IMG/VR virus record: IMGVR_UViG_3300025117_000049
Span: 32,828-96,827 of that record
DNA length: 64,000 nucleotides
Reading direction: 5' to 3' (one strand)
Origin: a virus
Shown here: piece after piece, positions 17,601 to 26,169 of the stretch
How positions within the stretch are numbered: position 1 is the first letter of the stretch
How the letters are laid out: each line of letters begins with the position of its first letter
Notes under the pieces: model-generated
Database searches by the model: none
The model's input: only the letters and a program-made list of their open reading frames with translations
Told to the model about the DNA's origin: nothing
Program-made: the position numbers and the translations under genes

Positions 17601-17902
17601 AGGAAGACCTGGGCGACAAGGACAAGTTCCTGGCCCTGGCCCCAAAGGAAATTCGCTCCACCCTGGAGCACGGCCTGCGCCTCCACCAGGAAGAGCGGAG
17701 CCGGCAGATCACCCATATCATGGCCAACACTAATGAGGGCGTCTACACCAAGGGGCGTCTGGAGGCCATGGACGATCAGGATCTGTCCTTCCTGGCCCAG
17801 GCCATCAAAGCCCCAGTTGACTATTCCGGCCAGGCCCCGACCCCGCAGGTCAACCGCGGCAGTCACGAGGCCCAAGCAGTCTATCCCCCGGGCGTGGAAT
17901 AA
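14660..17902 (+). CDS. prohead protease/scaffold polyprotein: ChaB-like N-terminus, NPCH-tagged insert, DUF2213-type protease, HNH-like domain, further inserts, coiled-coil scaffold
   Basis: protease motifs AWDGIPVSIQHP, VGRVFN, LEVSVG, NHRPDHLALLPGAVGACS..DGCG; immediately upstream of the decoration and capsid genes. Confidence 0.85.
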   Translation: MPFKIEDVERHNRGLSDAKKAQWVAVANSVLKKCIDDGGDDASCAPKAIRQANGVVAVHEDVQVDYNPCHNPSGPGGGQFCGGNVESSYPKTVDEIKSTQYGKGFFIAPDGDLIDISSEFGGGTNDHVGTIGMDKYAKKLGLPQEDISKMEKIVDKLNKMGDTFSSKFEKLSDKQNEMATNMMLKAFEKGALRVRLFKGVVAIEGHNIALSKIQNLLGDNKIPSDRKALYMIEGAAGRGAWGVQTNLSNLLLSNRWNEITTNMAVHLNANANYTIRKEFLQGKEHIIVPIIMMREGVHSGSHGPILHLAEELGKFPGAWDGIPVSIQHPQEDGMHVSANQPHILDEFVVGRVFNTMMDGQKLKAEAWLDPVVLKNISPEAMEYIMEGKPLEVSVGVFTDEDIRAGDYEGKHYEAVARNHRPDHLALLPGAVGACSWSDGCGVRTHQEGLDTNTRHEPTYNSWRNMIQRCTNPNSPDYKYYGKKGVKVVQRWLDSFDNFLEDMGQRPEGKTINRKNRKGDYSKQNCEWATSKKQNNRENHSYGEPSMQTNAIKFEAIESIPWTKSTLADFGKGSNWSTMDTADKSDIANHFLIGDDAAANFGELMFPVVNPKSGKLNEQALRAVIGGRGAQANITSAQRISARRQAYRLLNSEFDAKLDVPSTLAADIAVHEDGGLKELARLGFSINEIGAQNQQDIEDTWGSNTYKREAVLSAALGALNVSQKSLDLGAKRATERVYNATRLARTSQDHRQASMAHKDAGQAHRKSGGGAKEAIPFHRTAERLHGELARSMGMTGFSINEIGYSELRNIIQAKLDRMDDDAKAHYLEDIYDGYIIYRVEPRGQDRPVSLETKNLFKRNYTAADDGTVEFTGESMPVIKRVSYDPASQRGGMNNMADKPCCEAKVQMLIESGAYAETDRDRLLTMEEADIDVLAAGVTAKAALQTKIDEMAAEMKAMKDKLATMQSNADTQTTRDKAIEVLKEDLGDKDKFLALAPKEIRSTLEHGLRLHQEERSRQITHIMANTNEGVYTKGRLEAMDDQDLSFLAQAIKAPVDYSGQAPTPQVNRGSHEAQAVYPPGVE

Positions 17903-17929
17903 AGCCGGGGATTAAAGGAGGAAATACTT

Positions 17930-18394
17930 ATGGCTTACAACACCATTCTGTTGAAGGGCGAGAATGCCAACTTCGAGGAGATTGCTGCCAATGCGGCTAT
18001 CACCCCGGGCATGCTCGTCGAGGAAATGACCACCGGCCTGCTCCGGGCGCATGCCATCCGCAATGGTAATGCGGCCGCCATGTTCGCTATGGAGAGCGAG
18101 TACGAAGGTAAGGGGGTCGATGACAACTACGCCGCCGGAGAAGAGGTCCGGGTCTGGCACCCCAAGAAAGGGGATCAGGTCAACGCCCTGCTGGCCGACG
18201 GTGAGTCCGTGGCTATCGGCGATATGCTGGGCTCCAACGGCGATGGCTACCTGAAGGAAATCAAAGGTGGTGACTCTGCTACTGAGGACCTGCCGGCATC
18301 CATCGTGGCCAAAGCCAAAGAGGCCGTGGACCGTAGCACTAGCTCCGGCGGCGACACCAACACCACCGGCCGCATCGTGGTCGAGATTATCTAA
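17930..18394 (+). CDS. capsid decoration/cement protein
   Basis: AITPGMLVE, YAAGEEV, L.SNGDGYLK; lies between scaffold and capsid genes. Confidence 0.75.
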   Translation: MAYNTILLKGENANFEEIAANAAITPGMLVEEMTTGLLRAHAIRNGNAAAMFAMESEYEGKGVDDNYAAGEEVRVWHPKKGDQVNALLADGESVAIGDMLGSNGDGYLKEIKGGDSATEDLPASIVAKAKEAVDRSTSSGGDTNTTGRIVVEII

Positions 18395-18424
18395 GGCCAC
18401 CAAGTGAAAGGAGGAACATAAGAT

Positions 18425-19531
18425 ATGCAAGCAAATGTCGACTATTTTGGCAAGGGCATGGTCCAAGGTCCGCTGGCGAGCTACATCGCCGAGCAGGGTC
18501 GGATCAACCCGGCCTTCATGCGCCCCATCCTGGGTGAGGATGGCCATACCTATTTCACGGTCTATAAGGGCGGTGACCCCAAGAAAAAAGAGAGCTTCCA
18601 TGTATATCGGCGTGACGAACTCCAGCACCTGGGCATCCAGGTCTACGGCACCCTGCGCCGGGACGAATGGAAGTACCTTGACCAGGCTGTCCAGCAGGCA
18701 GCCCATGTGCGCCTCGGCGGCATCCAGGACCTGATCGACAACAACCTGGTCTACAATCTCACCAATGCCATGGGCACCACCGTCCTGGAATACCACTCCA
18801 TCGGTGAGGCCATGGAAGCTGAAGTGAGTATGGATCCGGCAGTGCGCAGCCGCAAGGACCGGCTCAACTACCAGACCCATTACCTGCCCATCCCGGTGAT
18901 CCACAGCGACTTCGACATCAGCTCCCGTTCCCTGGAATCGAGTCGGCGCCTGGGCAATCCCCTGGATGTCGACGCCGTGACCGAGGCCACCCGGGTGGTG
19001 AACGAGAAGCTGGAGCACATGCTGTTCAATGTCGACCAGACCCCGTTCCAGTTTGGCGGCGGCTACATCTACTCCTATCTGGATCACCCAAATCGGAACC
19101 AGTTCCCACTGGGGACGGCATGGTCCGCAGACACCGGCGCCAACATCCTGGCCGATGTCCTGGCCATGATCCAGATGTCCATTGACGCCCGCCACTACGG
19201 CCCGTGGATGCTTTACATTCCCACTGCCTACCAGACGGTCATGGGCGAGGACTACACCGCCGGCTATCCCAAGTCCATCCGCCAGCGCATTCTGGAGGTC
19301 GAGGGCATCAAGGGGATCAAGGTCATCGACACCCTGCCGGCTAACAACGTAGTCCTGGTGGAGATGCAGACGTCAACCGTACGCCTGGTCCAGGGCATGG
19401 CGACTCAGGTGGTCCAGTGGCAGGTCGGTTCCAGCCTGAGCCCGACGGAATACAAGGTGCTTCGCATTGCGGTTCCTCAAGTGCGGGTAGATCAGTCCGG
19501 CCGTAGCGGCATCGTCCACGGCTCCGTGTAA
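18425..19531 (+). CDS. major capsid protein (HK97 fold, encapsulin/Linocin_M18-like branch)
   Basis: TLRRDEWKYLDQAV, LPIPVIHSDF.I..R.L..SRR.G.PLD, GPWMLYIP; strongly biased codons; strong RBS. Confidence 0.9.
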   Translation: MQANVDYFGKGMVQGPLASYIAEQGRINPAFMRPILGEDGHTYFTVYKGGDPKKKESFHVYRRDELQHLGIQVYGTLRRDEWKYLDQAVQQAAHVRLGGIQDLIDNNLVYNLTNAMGTTVLEYHSIGEAMEAEVSMDPAVRSRKDRLNYQTHYLPIPVIHSDFDISSRSLESSRRLGNPLDVDAVTEATRVVNEKLEHMLFNVDQTPFQFGGGYIYSYLDHPNRNQFPLGTAWSADTGANILADVLAMIQMSIDARHYGPWMLYIPTAYQTVMGEDYTAGYPKSIRQRILEVEGIKGIKVIDTLPANNVVLVEMQTSTVRLVQGMATQVVQWQVGSSLSPTEYKVLRIAVPQVRVDQSGRSGIVHGSV

Positions 19532-19587
19532 TTCCAGACGAAAGGCTAATCATGCCCCGTCTGACTTAAATATCGAGGTAATCCGAT

Positions 19588-19923
19588 ATGGCTAACCAAG
19601 CAAGAGAAGGCGAGATCAGGTGGAGGAAGATTTCTGGCACCCTGACTCTCAAGGACAAGACAGTCATCAAACCTGGCCAGACATTCATGGCCAGGCCTGA
19701 GGACATTCCTAAGGTCTTCCGAGATACTGTTGTGCCAGTCAACCCAGAGGACCTGCTGGGTTCGGAAACATCTATGTCTCCGGTTGAGCTCGAGCCGCCC
19801 AGCTACACCATCAAGTCTTGCACCCCTGGACGGTATAACGTCCTGGATGGCCAGGGTAAGGCGGTCAACGAGAAGCCCATGTCCCAGGACGACGCCAAGC
19901 GACTGGTGGAGAACCTGGGCTGA
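19588..19923 (+). CDS. hypothetical head-associated protein
   Basis: directly after the capsid gene; GAGG RBS. Confidence 0.6.
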   Translation: MANQAREGEIRWRKISGTLTLKDKTVIKPGQTFMARPEDIPKVFRDTVVPVNPEDLLGSETSMSPVELEPPSYTIKSCTPGRYNVLDGQGKAVNEKPMSQDDAKRLVENLG

Positions 19924-20600
19924 TGTCCTGGGCCGCCCCCAGGATGTGGGATGGCGGCCGTTGCTTCATCATCGGCGGCGGCCCGTCCATGCCTAGGCAG
20001 TTCAGCATCCCGGATGAGATTGTTGCTGGAGTCCGATCCGGTGAGGTTGGTCCCGATGCCTATTCCCCGTTCATGGAGCCCATCCATGGGGAGCATGTCA
20101 TTGGAGTGAACAATGCTTACCAGATCGGCACCTGGATCGATGTCTGCCTGTTTGGGGACTGTAGCTGGTATCTGGTATACAGGGAACAACTGGCCAAATG
20201 GCCGAATCTTAAGGTCGGTTGCTGCCATGGCAGTCCTGACTACCTGGACCCGGATGGAATCAAGTACCTGCCGAGGGATAAGGCCAAGAAGGTGGGCATT
20301 GGAATCAATCCGGGTAAGCTGTCCTGGGGATACAATTCCGGGACGGCAGCCATCAATCTGGCTGCCCATTTCGGGGTTCGCCAGATCATCCTCCTTGGAT
20401 TCGATATGTCCCATCCTGATGCCCAGACAACTCACTGGCATAAGGGACATGGCCATCCCAGGAAATCTTACAAGCGATTTCTCAGGGGATTCCCGGCTAT
20501 CGCAGCTGATGCCGCTGCCCTGGGAATCGAAATATTGAATGCAAGTCATAATAGTTCCATTGCCCAATTTCGCAAGGTGTTGCTGGAGGAATTGCTATGA
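19923..20600 (+). CDS. DUF115/Maf-like nucleotide-sugar transferase
   Basis: CFIIGGGPS, VIGVNNA, NSGTAAINLA.HFG...IILLGFD. Confidence 0.7.
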   Translation: MSWAAPRMWDGGRCFIIGGGPSMPRQFSIPDEIVAGVRSGEVGPDAYSPFMEPIHGEHVIGVNNAYQIGTWIDVCLFGDCSWYLVYREQLAKWPNLKVGCCHGSPDYLDPDGIKYLPRDKAKKVGIGINPGKLSWGYNSGTAAINLAAHFGVRQIILLGFDMSHPDAQTTHWHKGHGHPRKSYKRFLRGFPAIAADAAALGIEILNASHNSSIAQFRKVLLEELL

Positions 20601-21493
20601 AAAAACTGTGGTTATCCATATTGATCGTGGCCCTGCTATTTTCCCAGGTAGATGCCACGGTTGTCCTGCTGAACAAGGTCGGGGTCTCGCAGAACCATTA
20701 TTCCGGCCTCTCCACCGATGTCATGCCGACCCCAGGTGCCGCCGGCTATGGCTCTACCTTCTATGTTGAGGACATTGGGGTCAGGTATGTCTATGGTTCA
20801 TCGGGATGGGTGATTGACAAGACCTCAATTACCGGATCAATTATAGCAGCCATTGGGTCGTCCCTTCCGGCTGGCACCAATAATATCGGAGATGTGGACA
20901 TTGCTACATTGCCAGGTACCGTCCAGGCTGACATTGCTACTCTCAAGGCAGATACTGCCCTCATCAAGTCCGACATTGCTACCATTAAGGCGGGGATTCC
21001 GCTTACCGCTGGCGAGACCCATGTTGGGGAGATCGGAGGCAATACTGCTCTCATTGCCATTACCCCCACGGTCACCGCCGGCGCCTATCATGCCAACGAT
21101 GTAGTGGGCGGCATCCAGACCCTCACCAGTGCTTTGAGGGTGTCAGGCGGAACGGCTATCCTCCAAAACGTCACCGTCCGGGACTTGGCGGCACAAAACG
21201 CTGTCCTCCAAATCTTCTTTTTCAATGCAAACCCAGGAACCGGCACCTACACCGATAACGCCGCCCTCGACCTGGACGACACCGACTCCGGGCTATTTAT
21301 CGGGAAAGTTACCATTAACGCTGCCGACTACATTTCCCTGGCCGACAACTCAGTGGCCACTATTACGAACTGCGGCCTGGCATTGAAAGCCACGACCGGG
21401 ACCTCTCTGTATGCGATTATCAGAACAACCGGTACCCCGACATATGCCAGCACCAGCGACTTGAAGATCACCTTTGGTCTGCTGAGGGATTAA
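20597..21493 (+). CDS. putative structural/surface protein with signal peptide
   Basis: MKKLWLSILIVALLFSQVDA leader; LPAGTNNIGDVD / LTAGETHVGEIG repeats; Thr/Ala/Gly-rich. Confidence 0.6.
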   Translation: MKKLWLSILIVALLFSQVDATVVLLNKVGVSQNHYSGLSTDVMPTPGAAGYGSTFYVEDIGVRYVYGSSGWVIDKTSITGSIIAAIGSSLPAGTNNIGDVDIATLPGTVQADIATLKADTALIKSDIATIKAGIPLTAGETHVGEIGGNTALIAITPTVTAGAYHANDVVGGIQTLTSALRVSGGTAILQNVTVRDLAAQNAVLQIFFFNANPGTGTYTDNAALDLDDTDSGLFIGKVTINAADYISLADNSVATITNCGLALKATTGTSLYAIIRTTGTPTYASTSDLKITFGLLRD

Positions 21494-21497
21494 TCAC

Positions 21498-23441
21498 ATG
21501 AAACGCCTTTGTCTGCTACCACTTCTGCTGATTTGTTTCGTCCTGGTCGCCGCCCCGGTCCACCAGGGCACGAGGTATTATCCTGTCCTGGGCGGGATGG
21601 AGAGGATACAATGGCTATTACAGAATGAAATGAACTCTATCACCGGGGAGGTAGGCACCTGGCTTGAACGGGACGTGGAAAGCAAGATCGCTTTCACCTC
21701 CGGCTGGGCCGAGTTCACCCCCCAAGCCACGGCGGCTTATGCGGAACAGGATATTGTATGCAGCACCATAATTACCAGGGCAGCAGGCGTGGGTATCCTG
21801 GGAAAATTCCGCTGTACTACGGATGGATCTTTCTATCCTCTGGCCCTTGTGACTTCAACAACCCCCACATGGGGCGCAACTCACGTTGAGGCAGCTTTTC
21901 ACCGGGCGGCGACGGCTCTCTCCTTGACGGCTACTTACAACGCCACGGCTGGGCCGATTATCGCTACGTTTGTGGCGGACGGGACAGAATATAAATTAGC
22001 CCTGATTGCCGACGGCACAGCCGGATATAAGTACCTCATCAAAGGCGGGGCGTTCGCTAACTGGACTTTGCTTTTCCGGTCTGCAACCGGCAACACGGCC
22101 AGCCTCTACGCAGCTATGGCAGGGTATGACGCCGCTTTTGGAGCCGACTTTTGCCGGGGGCCTTTGTCAGCTATCCCATTAAATAACCCTCTCCTATTAG
22201 ACACCTTTAGCGGCACATTCGGCACTCCTGACACTTACGGCAATCCCTGGCTCCACGCCGGAACCTGGGCCACGGCTGGGGGAGTGGCGAGCAATACGCC
22301 AGTGGCGGGAGCGGAGCTATGTACGTCCCTTGTAAATGGCACTTCATATCCGTTTGAAACTTTTACTGCTGTAGGTAGAGATATAACAAGCGCAATTAAC
22401 ACAACTGGATTTGGGACTGGTTTATCCCCGACATTTGCTACTATAGTGGGCCAATGGTTTAAGATTTCATTGGATTCTATTATCATTAATAGTGGAGCAT
22501 CCCCTTGGCTTGTATTGGCTAATGGTGAAGCTGGTTCTGCGCAGATTGCTATTACTTCACCAGCTACTCAGCAATTGAAAACTGGTAAAATATTAACTGC
22601 TCATGCTTCTGCATCGTTGCAAATGTCTGTTGGCAACGGAATTGCTACTGATTTTGCGGCTGCTGGATTATCTTGCAAACCCCTCCCCATCTCTACTCTC
22701 ATCGCCTCTCAATTTCTTGTCACAACCGACGTGCTGGCCGAGGCGGTGCTCACGGCCTACACTCTGGGGACTCAGGCGGGGATTGTGCAGTCGGATCGGC
22801 CCTTTGCCTTCCCTGCTAATGCGAATGCTGCGAGTGGTCAGAATGTCATCGTATTGAAGAACCTGACCAATGCCATTCCCGACTCCGACTCCATAACCAT
22901 CAAGCACCCCATAACCCCGACCACCTACACCATCGCCAGCGTGTCGGCCTTGGTGGGCGGGGTGCAGACGCTGACGCTGGATAGCAATCTCGTGGAAGCG
23001 GTGAGCGCCGATGACATGGTGGGCGTGAACTGGGCGAGTTGGAACGGAACGCTGACCTACTTTGACGGTGGCGGGAACATCAAACTCGACGAGATAAAAG
23101 CTGGGGTTTATACCAATCGGGGCAGTACGGCCAAGGCGTTCTCTGCCAATGCCCGCTTTATCGTGCGGAAGATCGGCAGTGAGTATCGAATCTTCTACGG
23201 AGAATCCCTCATCGGAACAGCAATCACGACCGTTGACGCTGCGGCCATGGTGGGTACTTATTGGGGAATGTTCTCCACTGATGCGAGCAATACCTTTAAC
23301 AGCATCAGGGCTGACGATACTGGTAACGTGACGAACTCGAACAGCATCTTGGACAAAGACTCCCAAGACACTAGCAGCTTAATGCTGCCCAAGGAATACT
23401 GTCCAGATACTTACTGGCGGGAGGAGGTGGGGAATGGTTAA
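21498..23441 (+). CDS. large beta-rich putative surface/adhesin protein with signal peptide
   Basis: MKRLCLLPLLLICFVLVAA leader; Ala/Thr/Gly-rich; internal AT-rich segment. Confidence 0.55.
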   Translation: MKRLCLLPLLLICFVLVAAPVHQGTRYYPVLGGMERIQWLLQNEMNSITGEVGTWLERDVESKIAFTSGWAEFTPQATAAYAEQDIVCSTIITRAAGVGILGKFRCTTDGSFYPLALVTSTTPTWGATHVEAAFHRAATALSLTATYNATAGPIIATFVADGTEYKLALIADGTAGYKYLIKGGAFANWTLLFRSATGNTASLYAAMAGYDAAFGADFCRGPLSAIPLNNPLLLDTFSGTFGTPDTYGNPWLHAGTWATAGGVASNTPVAGAELCTSLVNGTSYPFETFTAVGRDITSAINTTGFGTGLSPTFATIVGQWFKISLDSIIINSGASPWLVLANGEAGSAQIAITSPATQQLKTGKILTAHASASLQMSVGNGIATDFAAAGLSCKPLPISTLIASQFLVTTDVLAEAVLTAYTLGTQAGIVQSDRPFAFPANANAASGQNVIVLKNLTNAIPDSDSITIKHPITPTTYTIASVSALVGGVQTLTLDSNLVEAVSADDMVGVNWASWNGTLTYFDGGGNIKLDEIKAGVYTNRGSTAKAFSANARFIVRKIGSEYRIFYGESLIGTAITTVDAAAMVGTYWGMFSTDASNTFNSIRADDTGNVTNSNSILDKDSQDTSSLMLPKEYCPDTYWREEVGNG

Positions 23442-23676
23442 GAATATTATCATCGCAGTTTTGTTGGTTGCATTGGCAGTTTTTCAGTATTTATATTTAA
23501 ACAAGACCATGGAATTGAGTAATGCCAAACACCAGTATTTAATATGTCGATCTGTGATATGGGAAGTTGATGCAGTTATGAGGCAACATGGTACAGCAAT
23601 GTCAAAGTATCCCACAACAGACGAAAAGATACGGAATCGCTATCAGAGGCTTTTGAAGGAGCAGGAAAATGATTAA
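23434..23676 (+). CDS. small membrane-anchored protein
   Basis: N-terminal hydrophobic helix. Confidence 0.55.
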   Translation: MVKNIIIAVLLVALAVFQYLYLNKTMELSNAKHQYLICRSVIWEVDAVMRQHGTAMSKYPTTDEKIRNRYQRLLKEQEND

Positions 23677-24223
23677 ACTTTTACTTTCAGTCAGCTTGGT
23701 TACATTGCTGGTGCCCTCGGTGTTTGCTGCCCAAGTCACAGCAAACTTTATCGTTCCGTTTGATCCTGTCACTCGCCAAACTGCTCTCCCCCTCGACAAA
23801 GACGGTCAGCCGGTGAAGGCTGATCGCTGGCACTTGGCGAAAGAGAAAGGCAATCTGGTGATGGTACAGGTTCGGGCGGATGAGAAGATTATTGCGGGTA
23901 TGAAAGCCGACAGTGCCTCTGCAACCCCGACCTACCGATTTGTCGAGGTCAAGACCTACGACCCCTTGGCCGTGAAAGAAATCCAGGCAAACCCGGAGGC
24001 CACTAAAACTTTCCTGACCAAAGCCGTTCCCCTGGCGGACCTGCTCAAACAAGACTGGAGTACCCCGGAGAAGGGTGTAGAGGCTGTGGTGAAGTGCTTT
24101 GGAGGGAAGATGGCCGAGTATCAGAGCGGTGGCATTGGGACAGCAGTAGTTGAGAAAGAACCCTTACCTATAGAGCCAATAAAAGAACCTTTACCGATAA
24201 AGGACCCTGTGGTGGCTAAATGA
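23669..24223 (+). CDS. hypothetical protein with signal peptide
   Basis: MIKLLLSVSLVTLLVPSVFA leader; C-terminal KEPLPI repeat. Confidence 0.6.
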   Translation: MIKLLLSVSLVTLLVPSVFAAQVTANFIVPFDPVTRQTALPLDKDGQPVKADRWHLAKEKGNLVMVQVRADEKIIAGMKADSASATPTYRFVEVKTYDPLAVKEIQANPEATKTFLTKAVPLADLLKQDWSTPEKGVEAVVKCFGGKMAEYQSGGIGTAVVEKEPLPIEPIKEPLPIKDPVVAK

Positions 24224-25245
24224 GATTCAAGGCAGCAATTCTTACAGAGCTTAACAAACCCCTGGTGATAGATGAACTTGATATTCCGGTCCTGGATGTA
24301 GGACAGGTACTGGTCAAGGTTCATGCCAGCGGTATCTGCGGTGCCCAGATCGGGGAGATATCGGGGGCCAAAGGGCTGGATAAGTGGCTCCCCCACCTGC
24401 TCGGACACGAGGGCGGAGCCGAGGTCTTAGAGACAGGCCTAGGTGTGACCCAGGTCAAGCCCGGGGATCATGTGGTAATGCACTGGCGCAAGGGCCAGGG
24501 GATAGAGGCCAAACCGCCACGGTACAAATGGGGGTGGATGCCACCTAATGGATCCGTTGGAGGCGGCTGGGTCACCACATTCAACGAGATGGCCGTGGTT
24601 TCCGAGAATCGCCTGACCCCCATTCCTAAGGACATCTCCTTTGATGTGGCCGCCCTTATGGGTTGCGCAGTGACCACTGCCCTGGGCATGGTCAACAATG
24701 AGGCTAAGATCATGATTGGAGAGTCGGTGGCGGTGGCTGGGGCTGGCGGGGTTGGCCTCAATGTCATCCAGGCGGCGTTTCTGGCCGGGGCTAATCCGAT
24801 CCTGGCATACGACAGGGTCAGCGCTAAGGCAGATCAGGTCTTTTTCCTGGGTGGTGACTTTACCGATGATATCGAGACACTGAAACAAGCCGGGCCGTTT
24901 GATGTCTTTGTCGACACCACCGGGGATTGTAATATGATTTCCCTGGGTTATGACCTCATCAAGCCAGTGGTCGGCCGCCTGGTCCTTCTCGGCCAGCCCC
25001 ACTACGAAGCCTGTCTATCCCTGCCCGGTTTTAGGCGCCATTACTGTGGCAAGACAATCCTGGACAGTCAGGGTGGCCTCACAGATCCCAATATGGATAT
25101 TCCCCGTTACCTGGGGCTATGGAAAGCTGGGCGCCTGCCGGTCGAGCAGCTGATTACTTACAGGTTCTCGTTGGATCAGGTCAATAAAGCCCTTGACATG
25201 GTCAGGTCGGGCATTGCCGGCCGGGTCATCCTGGAAATGGAGTAA
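24220..25245 (+). CDS. Zn-dependent (MDR family) alcohol/sugar dehydrogenase
   Basis: GIC, LLGHEG, GCAVTT, GAGGVG motifs. Confidence 0.92.
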   Translation: MRFKAAILTELNKPLVIDELDIPVLDVGQVLVKVHASGICGAQIGEISGAKGLDKWLPHLLGHEGGAEVLETGLGVTQVKPGDHVVMHWRKGQGIEAKPPRYKWGWMPPNGSVGGGWVTTFNEMAVVSENRLTPIPKDISFDVAALMGCAVTTALGMVNNEAKIMIGESVAVAGAGGVGLNVIQAAFLAGANPILAYDRVSAKADQVFFLGGDFTDDIETLKQAGPFDVFVDTTGDCNMISLGYDLIKPVVGRLVLLGQPHYEACLSLPGFRRHYCGKTILDSQGGLTDPNMDIPRYLGLWKAGRLPVEQLITYRFSLDQVNKALDMVRSGIAGRVILEME

Positions 25246-25248
25246 TTT

Positions 25249-25497
25249 ATGACAGACAGAGAAAAATTGTATTTAAAGGAAGACTTGCAAAAGGTGTTTT
25301 GGTTCTTCTTAATGGGTTTATTGGGAGCTTTTCTTTTCGTTACTCCCTTTAAGACATTGCAACTTATAGGTGCTGGATTTTTATGTCTATCGCTTATAGT
25401 AATTACTGCTGGGCTTGACTCATATTTCTTCTGGAAATCTGTGTATGAAGAGAAAAACGAAGGTGGCATTTATGGTGGCTTTGATTCCCTACTATAA
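25249..25497 (+). CDS. small AT-rich two-TM membrane protein (moron-like)
   Basis: two hydrophobic segments; low GC. Confidence 0.55.
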   Translation: MTDREKLYLKEDLQKVFWFFLMGLLGAFLFVTPFKTLQLIGAGFLCLSLIVITAGLDSYFFWKSVYEEKNEGGIYGGFDSLL

Positions 25498-25509
25498 GGC
25501 ATTAATCGC

Positions 25510-26169
25510 ATGAAAACAGTATTAATAACCGGGGCCAACCGGGGCCTGGGGCTAGAGCTAGCCCAAGCATTCTCTGACTCGGGCTACAAGCTGATCCTCC
25601 ATTGTCGCAAGGATGGGGGATTCCTACGGCTCAGGTTCCCGACTGCCAAGGTGGTGACAGGCGACCTCCGCTCCCCTCTGGTGCTGGATGAGCTTGGGTC
25701 GCTCAGTGAGTGGGTTGACATCCTGGTGAACAATGCCGGGGTGCGGGTCGCAAACAAGATTGACAATATCTTGGATAGACAGATCAGGAAAATGTTGGAT
25801 GTCAACCTTATGGCCCCGATAATCCTGACTAGGTTGCTCTGGCCGGCTCTGGCCTCCAGGAAGGGGATGATTGTTAATATTGGATCATTGGCTGGGCAGT
25901 CGGGCGGCCCTGGTGAGTCAATCTATGCGGCCACCAAGGCCGGGCTCGCAGCCTTTTCCGAAACTCTTCAATATGATGCTACCACGGCCGGAGTCAGGGT
26001 GGTAAACATCAGCATAGGAGCCATGAAGACAGACATGACTTCAGATCGCAGGGATAGAGATAAGTTGATCGATCCTGCCGAGGCGGCAAGATTCATCGTT
26101 GATGTTTGCAATCGGGAACACTCCACAATCAGGATTTCATCCTACGAGCTGAGACGGGGACTGTATTGA
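25510..26169 (+). CDS. SDR family oxidoreductase
   Basis: TGANRGLG, NNAG, YAATK. Confidence 0.93.
   Translation: MKTVLITGANRGLGLELAQAFSDSGYKLILHCRKDGGFLRLRFPTAKVVTGDLRSPLVLDELGSLSEWVDILVNNAGVRVANKIDNILDRQIRKMLDVNLMAPIILTRLLWPALASRKGMIVNIGSLAGQSGGPGESIYAATKAGLAAFSETLQYDATTAGVRVVNISIGAMKTDMTSDRRDRDKLIDPAEAARFIVDVCNREHSTIRISSYELRRGLY

Noticed and set aside
17912-19195. 427 aa antisense ORF over the capsid genes (also 58485..59405, 53341..54180, 38681..39601)
   Set aside because: Shadow ORFs caused by strong codon bias of the real gene on the opposite strand; no RBS or motifs.
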